Part shown: positions 39,076 to 53,240 of the stretch, piece after piece
Position numbering within the stretch: position 1 is the first letter of the stretch
Layout of the letters: every line of letters starts with the position of its first letter
Assembly (NCBI GenBank): GCA_951406725.2
Contig: OX597838.1
Location: 11,718,001 to 11,782,000, forward strand
DNA from: Octopus vulgaris
Taxonomy: Eukaryota
Length of the DNA stretch: 64,000 nucleotides
Direction: 5' to 3'
Notes under the pieces: generated by a model
The model's database searches: none
Seen by the model: only the letters and a program-made list of their open reading frames with translations
What the model was told of the DNA's origin: nothing
Position numbers and translations under genes: made by a program

Positions 39076-39275
39076 ACTCTTACTCTTTACTCTTTTACTT
39101 GTTTCAGTCATTTGACTGCGGCCATGCTGGAGCACCGCCTTTAGTCGAGCAACTCGACCCTGGGACTTATTCTTTTTGTAAGCCCAGTACTTATTCTATC
39201 GTTCTCTTTTGCCGAACCGCTAAGTGACGGGGACATAAACACACCAGCATCGGTTGTCAAGCAATGCTAGGGGGA

Positions 39276-39329
<54 letters not shown>

Positions 39330-39524
39330 TACACATATATACATATATATACATATATACGACAGGCTTCTTTCAGTTTCCGTCTACCAAATCCACTCAC
39401 AAGGCATTGGTCGGCCCGGGGCTATAGCAGAAGACAATTGCCCAAGATGCCACGCAGTGGGACTGAAGCCGGAACCATGTGGTTGGTTAGCAAGCTACTT
39501 ACCACACAGCCACTCCTGCGCCTA
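39076..39524 (-). mobile_element. SINE family A, full length
   Basis: Matches the other family A copies. Confidence 0.9.
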
Positions 39525-40435
39525 TGATGCGGTGGGTTTTGAGAGAAAATCACTGCATAGAAAGGCTTACTTATGAAGAGATTTTCCCTCAGCATCATAT
39601 CTGTCTACACTGTATATATAAATCTCAAGTACAATGCACAGATGGTTCAGTTACACACAGCGTGTTTAATACAGCTTGAGAAGCTTTCCGCAAAATCAGT
39701 GAATGCATTAGTCATTGTTCGCTATACATCAGAGGTGATGGATTTCGTGCAGGCGTACAACTGCGGGTTACACGTCGTTGACGAGCCCCAAGAAGGACAA
39801 AACGAGGGCGGCATTCTCGTGGGTCGCTGCTGGGGCGATATTTGTTTTGTTTTGATGTATATTGTTTTTTAATACATATCAATAAAGAGATTTTCTGTTA
39901 AAAGAAAAACCACAGCGCATTATGCCTGTAATTGGTATATATATATATACGTTAAGTATGATATATAAAGGACTCTTTTAATGAAATTTAATTTAAAGCG
40001 TTCAGATTACGCCATGATCAACTTTGCTTTCTGGGGCCGATAAAATAAAGTACCAGTGAAGTACTGAGGTTGATAAAGTTAACACACGCACAGACACAGA
40101 CACAGACACACACACACACACACACACACAAAGATACAGACACAGACATAGACACACACACACACTCGACGGGTTTTTGCACAGTTTCCGTCAACCAAAC
40201 TTACTCTCAAGGTATTGGTCGGCCCGGGGCTGTAGTAGAAGACACTTTCTTAAGGTGCAACGCAGTAGGACTGAACACATATACCATGTGGTTGCAAAGT
40301 GAGCTTCATAACCACACAGCCACCCCTGCATCTATAGCTGGTTGTGGTTACTTCAAAATTTCTTGTGTTTTTACACCTTTTGTGTACCTCCGCAGTGTTT
40401 CTTACGCAACCCAGCGAATAAAGGTTTTTTTAATT

Positions 40436-40768
40436 TAACAGCCTGCTCGTGAAATTAACGTGTAAGTGGCTGAGCACTCCACAGACACGTGTACCCTTAA
40501 CGTAGTTCTCGGGGATATTCAGCGTGACACAGAGAGTGACAAGGCCGGACCCTTGAAATACAGGTACAACAGAAACAGGAAGTAAGAGCAAGAGAAAGTT
40601 GTGGTGAAAGAGTACAGCAGGGATCACCACCATCCCCTGCCGGAGCCTCGTGGAGCTTTTAGGTGTTTTCGCTCAATAAACACTCACAACGCCCGGTCTG
40701 GGAATCGAAACCGCGATCCTACGACCGCGAGTCCGCTGCCCTAACCACTGGGCCATTCCGCCTCCACA
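40436..40768 (-). mobile_element. SINE with family C head joined to the family D tail
   Basis: 40590-40768 matches the 26855 head; 40436-40575 matches 14510-14640. Confidence 0.8.
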
Positions 40769-41403
40769 CAAATAAAGGTACGTGTACCACAGTTACAGTA
40801 TGTCATTTAGAAAAAATAAGACAAAAAAAAAACGGTTTAGAAATTACAGAACTAAACGACCACCACGACGAGGAAGTTAGTAAGAAACTAAGTAAGCAAG
40901 CAAGCAAATAAACAACGTTCTTCAGAATTATGGAATTATAAAAGAACAAAGAATAATGAAATGAAGAATATGCTTTAGGTATGATAAAGTAATAATAAGT
41001 AAATCTTTGAACGAAATACGAAAACCAAAAATAATAGACATTAATAGACAAGGAAGGAGTTAGAGACAAATAATAAACTATAGCTTCGAAAGAATTAACT
41101 GGAACTAAAGCGAAATAATGCTGAGACTAGACAGAAAAAACAAAAACAAAAACAAACCAACAAACATAGAAAGAAAAACAACACAATAAAATAACTACCA
41201 CTACTACTACTACTACTACTGACTACTACTACTACTACTACTACCGCCACCACTACTACTACCACCACCACCACCACCACCACCACCACCACCACCACCA
41301 CCACCACCACCACCACCACCACCAAAACCACCACCACAACCACCACCACCACCACCACAACCACCACCACCACCACTACTACCACCACCACCACCACCAC
41401 CAT

Positions 41404-41447
<44 letters not shown>

Positions 41448-41690
41448 ACGAAAATAATATTAGCAATAGTAATAATAATAATAAAAGTAATAATAATGAT
41501 AATAGAAACGGCAACAAGAAAGATAACTGATACAGAAGCTATGTCTTCGTGTGCGTGTGTGTATATATATACATATGTGTGTATTTGTGTGTGCGTGTGT
41601 GTATGTATATGTATATACATTCATACACACACACATATATATATACTTATATAAATACATTTATGCTCATATATATATATGATATATATA

Positions 41691-41741
<51 letters not shown>

Positions 41742-42102
41742 GTATATATATATCTGTGTGTGCGTATGTGTGTGTATGTATGTACATATGTAATGTATGT
41801 GTATGTATAGAGAAGGTGTAAAGACTGTTTGCATTTACCACTGGGCATAGAAAGTGGAAAAGAATTGACAAAGAGAAAAAAGCCACAATACTGAGATATC
41901 AGCTCAATGGACCTTCAGAGAATATCTTATTAACTGAATATAAATGCAAAAAGCAAAAAAACCCGAAAAGAACAACCCCACAACAACAAAAAATGTCACA
42001 AAAATTATCCACCTAGCAGCAGAAGATGAAAAAGAACTTTAACATACATACACACACGCACACATTCACGTATACATGCACTCACACATGTATCTGGCTG
42101 AG

Positions 42103-42158
<56 letters not shown>

Positions 42159-42259
42159 TATACACGTGCAAAAAGTATATTCGTAATATATATACATATG
42201 AAAATATGTGAATATACCACCTCACTATATGTGTCTACATACATACATACATACATACA

Positions 42260-42295
<36 letters not shown>

Positions 42296-42853
42296 TATAT
42301 ATACATATATATGTATATATATATATATATATATATACATATATATATGTGCATGTAAGTATTTAGATATACATGAACAAATATACACACATATATATAT
42401 ACATATATATATACATGTTTTAATAGTAATACTAATACGACCCCCAACAATAACGTCTTTCATTAAAATGTTGAATCGTTTTCGTTAATTATAATTCATT
42501 ATGCGTCCTCTATTGGAAAATTTTCATACCCGTTGAACTCTCATCAAAACTGCCTTGCTCCTATGAAATATTTTCGTTTTATCTACGATAGGCGCAGGAG
42601 TGGCTGTGTGGTAAGTAGCTTGCTAACCAGCTACATGGTTCCGGGTTCAGTCCTACTGCGTGGCATCTTGGGCAAGTGTCTTCTGCTATACTCCCGGGCC
42701 GATCAATGCCAACTGAGAAATATATATGCACACACGTGCACGCACGCAATAGGCGCACACATATTTGTGTGTATACATATATGTGCATATAGTATGTATA
42801 TAATTATATATATATGTATATGCTTAGATAGATATTTATTCTTTCTCCTTCTC

Positions 42854-42909
<56 letters not shown>

Positions 42910-43249
42910 ACTATATCTATCTATATATATATATATATATAGATAGATAGATAGATAGATAGACAGAAAGAGAAAGAAAGAGAGAGAAAGCAAGAAAGAG
43001 AGAGCGAGAGAGAGTGAGAGAGAGGAAATTAAAATTGTACGTCTAGTGAATGGACAATAAGTCTGTTACACATTGTCCTTTTGAATAAAAGAATGAATTG
43101 AAAAAATTATTTTAAATGTCAAGTTGTGTACTTTTAATTTTCTTTAAAATGGAAGCATAAAGTTTTCTGTGACAGCGAAACCAAAAGTAGTTCGTATGTC
43201 GCTTCAATTAGAACTTATATCTAAGTTATATTTTTTCTTTTATGTTAAA

Positions 43250-43650
43250 CTAGCAGTATCGCCCGGCGTTGCTCGGGTTTGTAAGGGAAATAACTATATA
43301 AGCATTTTTAGAGAGTTATAGCCAAAATATAGCAAAAAAATGCATTAAAAATGGAAAAAAAATTATGGCAATTTTTTTTTTAAATCGTTGACTCATCGTA
43401 GACATTTTTAGAGAGTTTCTTCCCTTATATAATAGCGAAAAAAATGCATTAAAATGGAAAAAAATGATGGTAACTTTTTTTAAAATCGTAGACTCATCGT
43501 AGACGCGCGCTAATACCCAGAAAGGCTCGATATGAATCACGACTATAAGATACCCGGTTTTGGTTAAACTGCACCGCAAAATGTGGGAGTAGTTAGGAAT
43601 CTAAATCGTAGGAGACAGACAGCACACAACCTCACTTTTATATATAAAGA
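43250..43650 (-). mobile_element. Non-autonomous Helitron (same family as 24690-25202)
   Basis: A|TCTTTATATATA 5' end and hairpin plus CTAG|T 3' end on the minus strand. Confidence 0.85.
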
Positions 43651-43770
43651 TATGACGTTGTAGAAAAAGAAACTTCTGTCTGGTGTAGTTGTTGAGTATC
43701 AAAATTGCTGCTCATCGTGAAGGAAGCACAATATAATCTGAAATCTGCAAGCTAACCAGAAAGCTTACCT

Positions 43771-43955
43771 ACCTGCTTACACAGTTCTTTCGTTCTCTAT
43801 GAAGCATAGGCCATCGACGACTTATCTGCACTGTTTTCGACTCTGGCTCGTCTTTCCTGCTTTTCTTCGGTTGAATCCCTGCTTTTTCGACTTTGCCTTC
43901 GTGCCCTGTTTCCTGCTATTGTGGGTTCCAGGTCGGAGGAGCCAGTCATGCAATT
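43771..43955 (-). mobile_element. RTE-like LINE extreme 3' fragment
   Basis: Minus-strand ...K.GRARVENSADKSSMAYAS resembles a decayed AQDR..WR..VDGLC end. Confidence 0.45.
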
Positions 43956-43959
43956 ACTA

Positions 43960-43980
43960 AAACATTTTATTATTATGTTG

Positions 43981-44058
<78 letters not shown>

Positions 44059-44069
44059 ATTATTGTTGT

Positions 44070-44102
<33 letters not shown>

Positions 44103-44114
44103 TATTATTACTAT

Positions 44115-44167
<53 letters not shown>

Positions 44168-44190
44168 TTATTATTGTTGTTGTTATTATA

Positions 44191-44246
<56 letters not shown>

Positions 44247-44618
44247 CCAAGAACTTCATAGAAGTTATCCAGCACAAAAGTTCTCCGAAACAGTCCATCT
44301 ACTTTTCCCTCGTTGAAGACCAGTGTTTCTCGAGGTCGTCGCTCTCCCTCACCGCTAGATCTCTATATATTGCTAACGTAGAACTTACACAAACTGCATT
44401 GCCCTACTTGTAGAGGCTCTGAAGGATGGCCATTTACTTAAAAAAAAGCATGACACGATCCTTTTGGGAGGACGTTTTATATTGCGTGTAAGCTATTTAC
44501 GGCTTTTCAAACACACGTGTTATACGTGTTATGAAGTAACGGAATAATCCGTAAAGTAATTGCTTTATGTGTGTATGTACACACACACATACACTCACAC
44601 ATTCATATGTGTGTGTAT

Positions 44619-44700
<82 letters not shown>

Positions 44701-44953
44701 AAAGCATACACTTAAATACACGCAAACACACGTACACATATATACATACCATTCAAGGTTAACAAATACCTTCAGAATGTTCTCTCTGTCAATATTTACC
44801 ATTCCTGGTTTTTCTGTTTTCTGCACTGGATCGATGTCAATATTGATAGCCAAGCTGTCAATATCTTTGGCAGAAACAGATTCTGTACCATTCCAGTTGT
44901 ACAAATTACAAAAATGAGATGATGGATACACACACACACACACATTATTATTA

Positions 44954-45005
<52 letters not shown>

Positions 45006-45013
45006 CATCATCA

Positions 45014-45075
<62 letters not shown>

Positions 45076-45106
45076 GTTATTATTATTATCATCATCATCA
45101 TCATCA

Positions 45107-45143
<37 letters not shown>

Positions 45144-45223
45144 TATTATTATTATCACTGCTGTTGTTGTTGTTATTATTATTATTATTTTTATTATTGT
45201 TATTATTATTATCATCATCATCA

Positions 45224-45260
<37 letters not shown>

Positions 45261-45274
45261 CATCATCATCATCA

Positions 45275-45312
<38 letters not shown>

Positions 45313-45352
45313 GTTACTATTACTATTATTGTTATTATTATTATTATTATCA

Positions 45353-45425
<73 letters not shown>

Positions 45426-45662
45426 CATCATCATCATTATTATTATTATTATTTTATCTATTTCACGTGTCATAACGGTTTCACTTCCATTGGCAAGTCT
45501 GCATAATTCTTCGGATTCTTTGGTTCTATTTATTTTTACTTTCTCGCGGTTCGGTTCGCATTTTCTTCTTTTAATATATACCTACAACACGCCTACACTT
45601 TGTTAGAGTAAGACAAATATTGTGTTAGGTGTCAATTACTAAAACGTTTTAATATGATGTTG

Positions 45663-45752
<90 letters not shown>

Positions 45753-45757
45753 GTTAC

Positions 45758-45817
<60 letters not shown>

Positions 45818-45825
45818 AGTTGTTG

Positions 45826-45892
<67 letters not shown>
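43960..45892. repeat. Cluster of (ATT)n/(ACT)n/(ATC)n/(TA)n microsatellites with short unique islands
   Basis: Direct reading. Confidence 0.9.
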
Positions 45893-45894
<2 letters not shown>

Positions 45895-46664
45895 GTACTG
45901 GCTTCACGCGTGTCGTATCGCTCGTAAGTTTATCTGTTTGTGCCTCCAAAAGTTGTTGAATGCTTAATTTTGTTGCAAAACGTTTGTTGAAACCACCAGT
46001 ATTACATAGGTCTGGTTGATTTGTTGGTTTGTTTGTGTTCCCATTCGGCTCAAATTTGAAAATTCCTAATTTTGGAAAAATAATTCTAAAATCAAACATG
46101 GCGATGCCCGTCTTTTTCATTGGCATGCAGGAGGAGGAGGTCAGAGATTGATCTGATAATGAGTTCCTCCACCTTGAACCCTCGAATGGGAGGGGTGAAC
46201 ATTATCCAATTTTTCAGTCCAGTAGACAACACTACCACTTTGGCAACTAACAGCAATAACAACAACAGCAACAACAACAACGACATTACAACACGAGGAT
46301 TTAATTCCAACTATGAAATTGACTCTCCCACCTTCCCAATGAAAGTGACAACACCACAGACATCAACCAACAGCGACAACAATACGAACACGGCCATTAG
46401 CAATTCCCTCACCACCACAACTGCAACAACAAAAATTATGACAGAAAGAAAAAAATTAAAAAAACAGCAGTAGCCTCGGCAACACAAATAGCAACAATAT
46501 TTCCAACATGATGACAATAGCAACATCAACAACAATAATAACAATGCATTCATAGCAACGTCCTACTAAAGGCATTGAACGGTATAATATGGAGAGACAT
46601 GTCTGACACAAGGAGGCAAACCTTTTGTAACAGCTCTACTGGGCACTCTACTCCGCATGCCTTT

Positions 46665-47090
46665 TTATTTCTTATTTCTTTATTACCCACAAGGGGCCAA
46701 ACATAGAGGGGACAAACAAGGGGACAAACGAAGGGATTAAGTCGATTATATCGACCCCAGTGCATAACTGGTACTTAATTTATCGACCCTGAAAAGGATG
46801 AAAGGCAAAGTCGACCTCGGTGGAATTTGAACTCAGAACATAAAAACAGACGAAATACCTATTTCTTTATTACCCACAAGGGGCTAAACACAGAGGGGAC
46901 AAACAAGGGGACAGACAAAGGGATTAAGTCGATTATATCGACCCCAGTGCGTAACTGGTACTTAATTTTATCGACCCCGAAAGGATGAAAGGCAAAGTCG
47001 ACCTCGGCGGAATTTGAACTCAGGACGTAACGGCAGACGAAATACGGCTACGCATTTCGCCCGGCGTGCTAACGTTTCAACCAGCTCCTT
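46665..47090 (-). mobile_element. SINE family B tandem dimer (headed plus headless copy)
   Basis: Same junction AAGAAATAG|GTATTTCGTC as in the 34.5-35.3 kb array. Confidence 0.88.
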
Positions 47091-47117
47091 CTGATACTAT
47101 CCCCAAAGACCGAACAA

Positions 47118-47306
47118 TAATTGGTACCATCTTCATTTCTTCTTTATTTCCTTCAGTCGTGCTGTCTCGTATCTAAAAGGATTGGATGTGTAAATCTTTT
47201 CGTCTGTCTTCTTGAGTATTCGTGGTTCAAAGTGGTACGCAGCACCAATTATAAAGCACATGTGGTTCTCCTTGTCTACCACTGCTTGGTCCAGCTTGTT
47301 GTGCTG
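47118..47306 (-). mobile_element. R4/Dong-type restriction-like-endonuclease fragment (heavily decayed)
   Basis: HNKLDQAVVDKENHMCFIIG...RILKKTDEKI resembles HNKPDIVVVDK..CLIIDV..D.RI..KE.EKI. Confidence 0.55.
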
Positions 47307-47369
<63 letters not shown>

Positions 47370-47410
47370 AATAATAACAATAATATTATTATTATTGTTA
47401 TTATTGTTAA

Positions 47411-47519
<109 letters not shown>

Positions 47520-47599
47520 TATTATTATTATTACTCTGAGAGACTCTCGGATATTTCTTAATTACCGGTTGTTCTTTACTTGAAAGCAGGCAACAACAA

Positions 47600-48300
47600 A
47601 TCACCAAAGGTTTCAAGTAGTGCCCTCTCCTGTGACTCAAAGAGAAAAATACTCTCCTTAGAATGCGATCTGTACCCAACAATGCCGTCTTCTCTGGATC
47701 ACCTCGATATTCTTAATATGTTTTTCAAAGCCCTTGGAAACTGCTCCTAATGCCCCACTGGTATCACTATTATTTTCTTCATGCCCCATAACTTTCCTAT
47801 TTCGTCCCGGAATGGCAGGTACTTCTCAATCTTTTCTGTTTCCTTACATTTCACCCTCGAATCGCCTGGTATTGCAACATCTATTATCTTTGCTTCTTTT
47901 TCACCTTTATAGATGAGTACAACATCTGGTCCTCTCGCCTCTATGACTTGGTCGCACTGCATGTTAAATCCCAGAGTATTTTGTAATGTTCGTTTTCCAT
48001 TACTCCCACTGGCTTGTGTTCATACCATTGTTCGGCTTTTTCGAGGTTTGATTTACCGCACAACAGCCAGTGGACATATCTGGCCACGTTGTCGTGTCTC
48101 CTTTTATATTCGCGTTGTGCAAGCTTACAGCACTCACTAACAATATGGCTTATACTTTCTCTCTTCTCAGAGCTCATCCAACACTGTGGCGAGTCGGTGC
48201 TTTTATCAATGTGATATTTAGAGTAGTTCGTTCTGACTTTAAAATCTGGAGTTATTTTCATTGAAATCTTGCTCTGGATAAATAGAACAAACTTGTCGTT
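47600..48300 (-). mobile_element. R4/Dong-clade non-LTR element C-terminus (CCHC finger plus PD-(D/E)xK endonuclease)
   Basis: ESISHIVSECCKLAQREYKRRHDNVARYVHW.LC...WYEHKP...ENEHYKILWD; IEARGPDVVL...IIDVAIPGDSRV..KETEKIEKY. Confidence 0.85.
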
Positions 48301-48718
48301 GCAGCTTGTTTTGCAGTCGATCGGCAACTGATTCCATATATTATATTTCTTTGTTTTCTCTGTTAGGCAGGTTATTACTTTTAGTATTATTTTTATTTGC
48401 AATGTTTTACTTATCCGCTTACGCACAGGTTTGTATACACATATGCAAACACACACAAACACATACACACACACACACATACACACATATGGGAAGATAG
48501 AGAAGGATATAGATAGATAGATAGATAGACAGACTGACAGATAAATAGAGAGATAGATAAAAAGCATATATTACGGTTTGCAAACATGCATGTATATTTA
48601 TGTATATTTATACAAATGCTTATAGATACAAATATATATATACAAACGTGTAATATATATGCATATAAAAATGCGTAATATATATTGATATATGTATATA
48701 TGTGTGTGACTGTGTGTG

Positions 48719-48775
<57 letters not shown>

Positions 48776-48854
48776 TTAAAGCAGCAGGAAATTCAACAAA
48801 ACCTGTTACTCTGAGTATATATATATACTTGCATATATAAACCTGTTACTCTGA

Positions 48855-48900
<46 letters not shown>

Positions 48901-49183
48901 TTGCATATACATGCTTGCATATGTACATACATATTTGTGTATATATATAACTATATATATATATGCATATTTGTATATATACTTACACGTGTCCGTGTAC
49001 GTGTTTGTAAGTGCATATGCATGCGTGTGCACGAATTGCTAATGTTATGGACACGCATACACACGCACATATGTACACATGCAAAAATACACATTTTATG
49101 CGTGCATACATGTATGTATAAATAAATATATAAATAAGTAAATAGATATTTGGGTTAAGGTGTAGATAGATGAACAGAAACAG

Positions 49184-49238
<55 letters not shown>

Positions 49239-49744
49239 CGATGGATATATTACCTGTACTTGTATACATGTTCATATGTATTTACGCATAGAAGTATGCA
49301 TGTATATATGATATTGTGTGTATGTTTGCATTTGCTACGTATTCAAACATATATATGTGTATCCTTATATAGACATATATATATATATATATATGCATAT
49401 ATGTATGTATATGTGTGTATATGTGTATGTATTTATATACATGTATGTGTGTGTGTGTGTGTGTGTGTGTATGTATGCATGTAGTCATATAGATACGTGT
49501 ATGACAGTATACGTTCTTCTCGCCAAATGCCAAAACGAAGCGCGTTCTTCAAGTGGCGTCATTTCGTGTTAGCCATTGGCAAATAATGGGTTTTAGATTC
49601 AATCAACACAGAATAAAGGCGGTTTTGATGTTGCTATGGAGATGCAAGTACAGGTGGGTGTGCATGTGCATGAGTGCTTGTGTGCATGCGTATGTGCAGT
49701 GATGTCGTGCATAGGCAAATGCATATATATATATATATATATAT

Positions 49745-49922
49745 ACCGGAGTAAACACATAAATGTGAAACAAGGTGGAAAAAAGAGTACTCAAATACTA
49801 GGGGTAGAGTAATATGCTTTATTTAAAAGCAGCAAAAAATTCAACAAAACCTGTTACTCTGAGTTTCACGTGAAACTCAGAGTAACAGGTTTTGCTTGAA
49901 TTTTCTGCTGCTTTTAAATAAA

Positions 49923-49923
<1 letters not shown>
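49745..49923. mobile_element. Short fold-back element in (TA)n: 53/54-bp inverted arms, no spacer
   Basis: 49817-49869 versus 49870-49923 differ by one substitution and one 1-nt indel; arm fragments also at 48771-48815 and 48838-48855. Confidence 0.8.
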
Positions 49924-49976
<53 letters not shown>

Positions 49977-49990
49977 ATGTGTGTGTGTGC

Positions 49991-50031
<41 letters not shown>

Positions 50032-50678
50032 CATAGACATGCATTTTTATTAAAGCTGCATAAGCATCACAAAAAATCTGCTGTTCAGAGCTTCACGTTC
50101 ATCCTCATCTGTCCCATTCCTTTTTTCTTTCTTTCTGCTCCTCCCTAATTTTTCAATCCCTCTATCCACTACCTCTCTCTCCTTCTTCCACGTGACCGGT
50201 GTTCCAACTCTGACCTTTCTTTCTTGGTTCGACTACCATCCGTGTAGCATCTCTTGTATTCCTTTCCATAACTTTCATCTCTTATGTTCCTGCCGTAAGG
50301 TTTCACTTCCACACACGCCAGCTTAATTTACTTCGTCCTTAGTCGAAAGACACTTGTTGTTAATGTCCTGTTGTTTGTATTTGTAATTGTGTACCATTTC
50401 TCATTTTTTTTTCTTTCCGTCCTTATTTTCCTATACATTCGCTTGCTTTCTTTCAAAGAATCTAGTGCTCTTAGCTTAGATTTCTTTGAGGCCGGCACGA
50501 TTAGAGCAGTCTCGAGATTAACCGGCTGAAACTGCAAAGACGATCTGGAACTCGACTGAAGATTGAAAGCTCCGAATGACCCGTCCTCGTTTTTTCCTGT
50601 CCTTTTTTGTATCGTCTAACTGTCCGAATGTTTTGTTGTCGCCTGTTATGCTCTTGTCCTATTTTTTTGTTTTCATTT

Positions 50679-50752
<74 letters not shown>

Positions 50753-51255
50753 TATATATACATATGCGTGTGTGTGTGTGTGCACAGGTTCATAGGAATT
50801 AAGATCGGTGGCTTTCCAAACATACAGCAAAGAAAGTGCAAAAGGAAAAAAAAATGAATATAACGCGAAAAAACAAAAGCGACGACGATTTTTCTCCCCA
50901 TAAAAATGGCGTACGGTGGTCGTCTGCTCCTGGAATACGAATTGTCTGCTGCATAGAAATAAAGACAAAGCTCAATCTTGATTGGCACTTTGTTATCTTT
51001 TTTTTATTTTCATATACCGTAGTAATTGAATCCTTTATCCTTTCTATTTCGTCTCATTGTCACATTGTCCCTTTTGTATCATCTTCAGCTTTTAGCTATT
51101 TTCTTTCTTTTTCCTTCATGTCATCTCATGCACCTGTCTGTCTGTCTGTCTGCCTGTCTGTTTGGTTATCTGTATGTGTATCTGTCAGACACACAGTCAC
51201 GCCTGCACGTGTATGTAACATATATACGTATGCATATTGTCTTCATTATTGCATA

Positions 51256-51306
<51 letters not shown>

Positions 51307-51307
51307 A

Positions 51308-51377
<70 letters not shown>

Positions 51378-51473
51378 TATAAGTATTATATATATATATA
51401 TATATATATATAATACTTAAACTTATGTATAGATATATCTATGTCTTTCTATCTATCTATCTATCTATCTATG

Positions 51474-51571
<98 letters not shown>

Positions 51572-51618
51572 AACACACACACACACACATACGCACACAC
51601 ACACACGCACACACACAC

Positions 51619-51770
<152 letters not shown>

Positions 51771-52276
51771 GGAGAAATGTACATTTATATGCATACAGAT
51801 ATACGACATCTATTTTCGCACCTCTAATTGACACAAATGTCTCATTTTTCTCAATATTATATTGCTATTTGATTGAATGAAAAAATCGTTCACATATCGT
51901 CATCTCCTTCCTTTGTTTCATTGTTTCTTTCTCTTATTCATTCATTCTTTCATTCATTCATATACTTTCATTTATTTTTTTTTCTTGTTATTTTTCCCGT
52001 TGTATTCTTTTTTTCTTTTTGCACTTCTTCCATTTTGTTCTGCTTCATACGTTATCAGCATTTATGGTCGCCGTCGCCGCCACTACCATCACCATCACCA
52101 CCACCACCATCACAAAACCCACCCACACATCATCATCATCGTTATCATCATCATCATCAATTGATCTTGACCCTTGTACGTATCGTCATCAACCTTCCAC
52201 ACACACATAGGCACCCCAACACACATACATACATACACACGCACACATATATTTCTGTATATATATGCGTGTGTGC

Positions 52277-52366
<90 letters not shown>

Positions 52367-52370
52367 ATAT

Positions 52371-52443
<73 letters not shown>

Positions 52444-52625
52444 TAAAAAGGAAAATACGCACACTTACATAGTTTTAATATAATTTTTAATATATCGACC
52501 GGTTTCGCTATCGCTATTCATGATATTATGTTTTACTTATTTGAATATATATTTTTTCTTAAGAAGAAATTTGGTCCATGTTGTGTGTGATGAAATTCAC
52601 TCGTGAATAATTAAAATTCATTAAA

Positions 52626-53045
52626 ATGACAGATCCATCGGATTTTCAAAGAGGTCAAATTGTTGGTGCTCGTACAGTAGGTATTAGCGTAATGAAAACA
52701 ACCGAAGCGCTTGGTGTATCAAGAAATACTGTGCATCAAGAAGTACTTGAGAAAGAGGGAAAAACCTTCTCGTCGAAACAAAACTCGGGAAGAAAACCAA
52801 AACTTTCAGATAGGGACTGTCGGACTCTTACGCGAATTGTTGGAAAGAATCACAAAACTACATCTCCCAAAATTACTGCAGAGCTTAATGACCATCTTGA
52901 GAACCCAGTTTCCACAAAAACTACTCGTCGGGAGCCGCAAAAGCCGGATTTCACGGAAGGTCTGCAATCAGAAAACCACAACTTTCAAAAACATACGTTG
53001 CAAAGCATTTACAGTGGAGTGAAAACCTACAGAATACAATGTCTT
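52626..53045 (+). mobile_element. Tc1-like transposase N-terminal (DNA-binding) pseudogene fragment
   Basis: SDFQRGQIVGAR..G.SV.KT.E.LGVSR.TV...NSGRKPKLSDRD.RTL.RIV.KNHKTT..KITAELNDHLENPVSTKT, then frameshifted AGFHGRSAIRKP; no DDE domain present. Confidence 0.88.
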
Positions 53046-53240
53046 TCACAATAAATACACAGCGTGTTGAAACGAGGAAAGCAAGCGAATAGAATTTTTT
53101 AAAATTCGTTATTCCCTAATCGGACTGATTTCTGGATTAATCCACAAGGATTCTTCCTTCTTCAGCGAGAAACACGATAAGAATAAATGGAACACTTACA
53201 TAGGCGCAGGAGTAGCTGTGTGGTAAGTAGCTTCTTACCA

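Noticed and set aside
45632-46553. Overlapping ORFs around a unique island (e.g. MPMKKTGIAMFDFRIIFPK, MACRRRRSEIDL)
   Set aside because: All run into trinucleotide repeats; no recognisable motif or consistent splice boundaries.
52626-53054. Functional transposase or host HTH gene
   Set aside because: Frameshifted, truncated before the DDE domain, no intact TIR pair seen.
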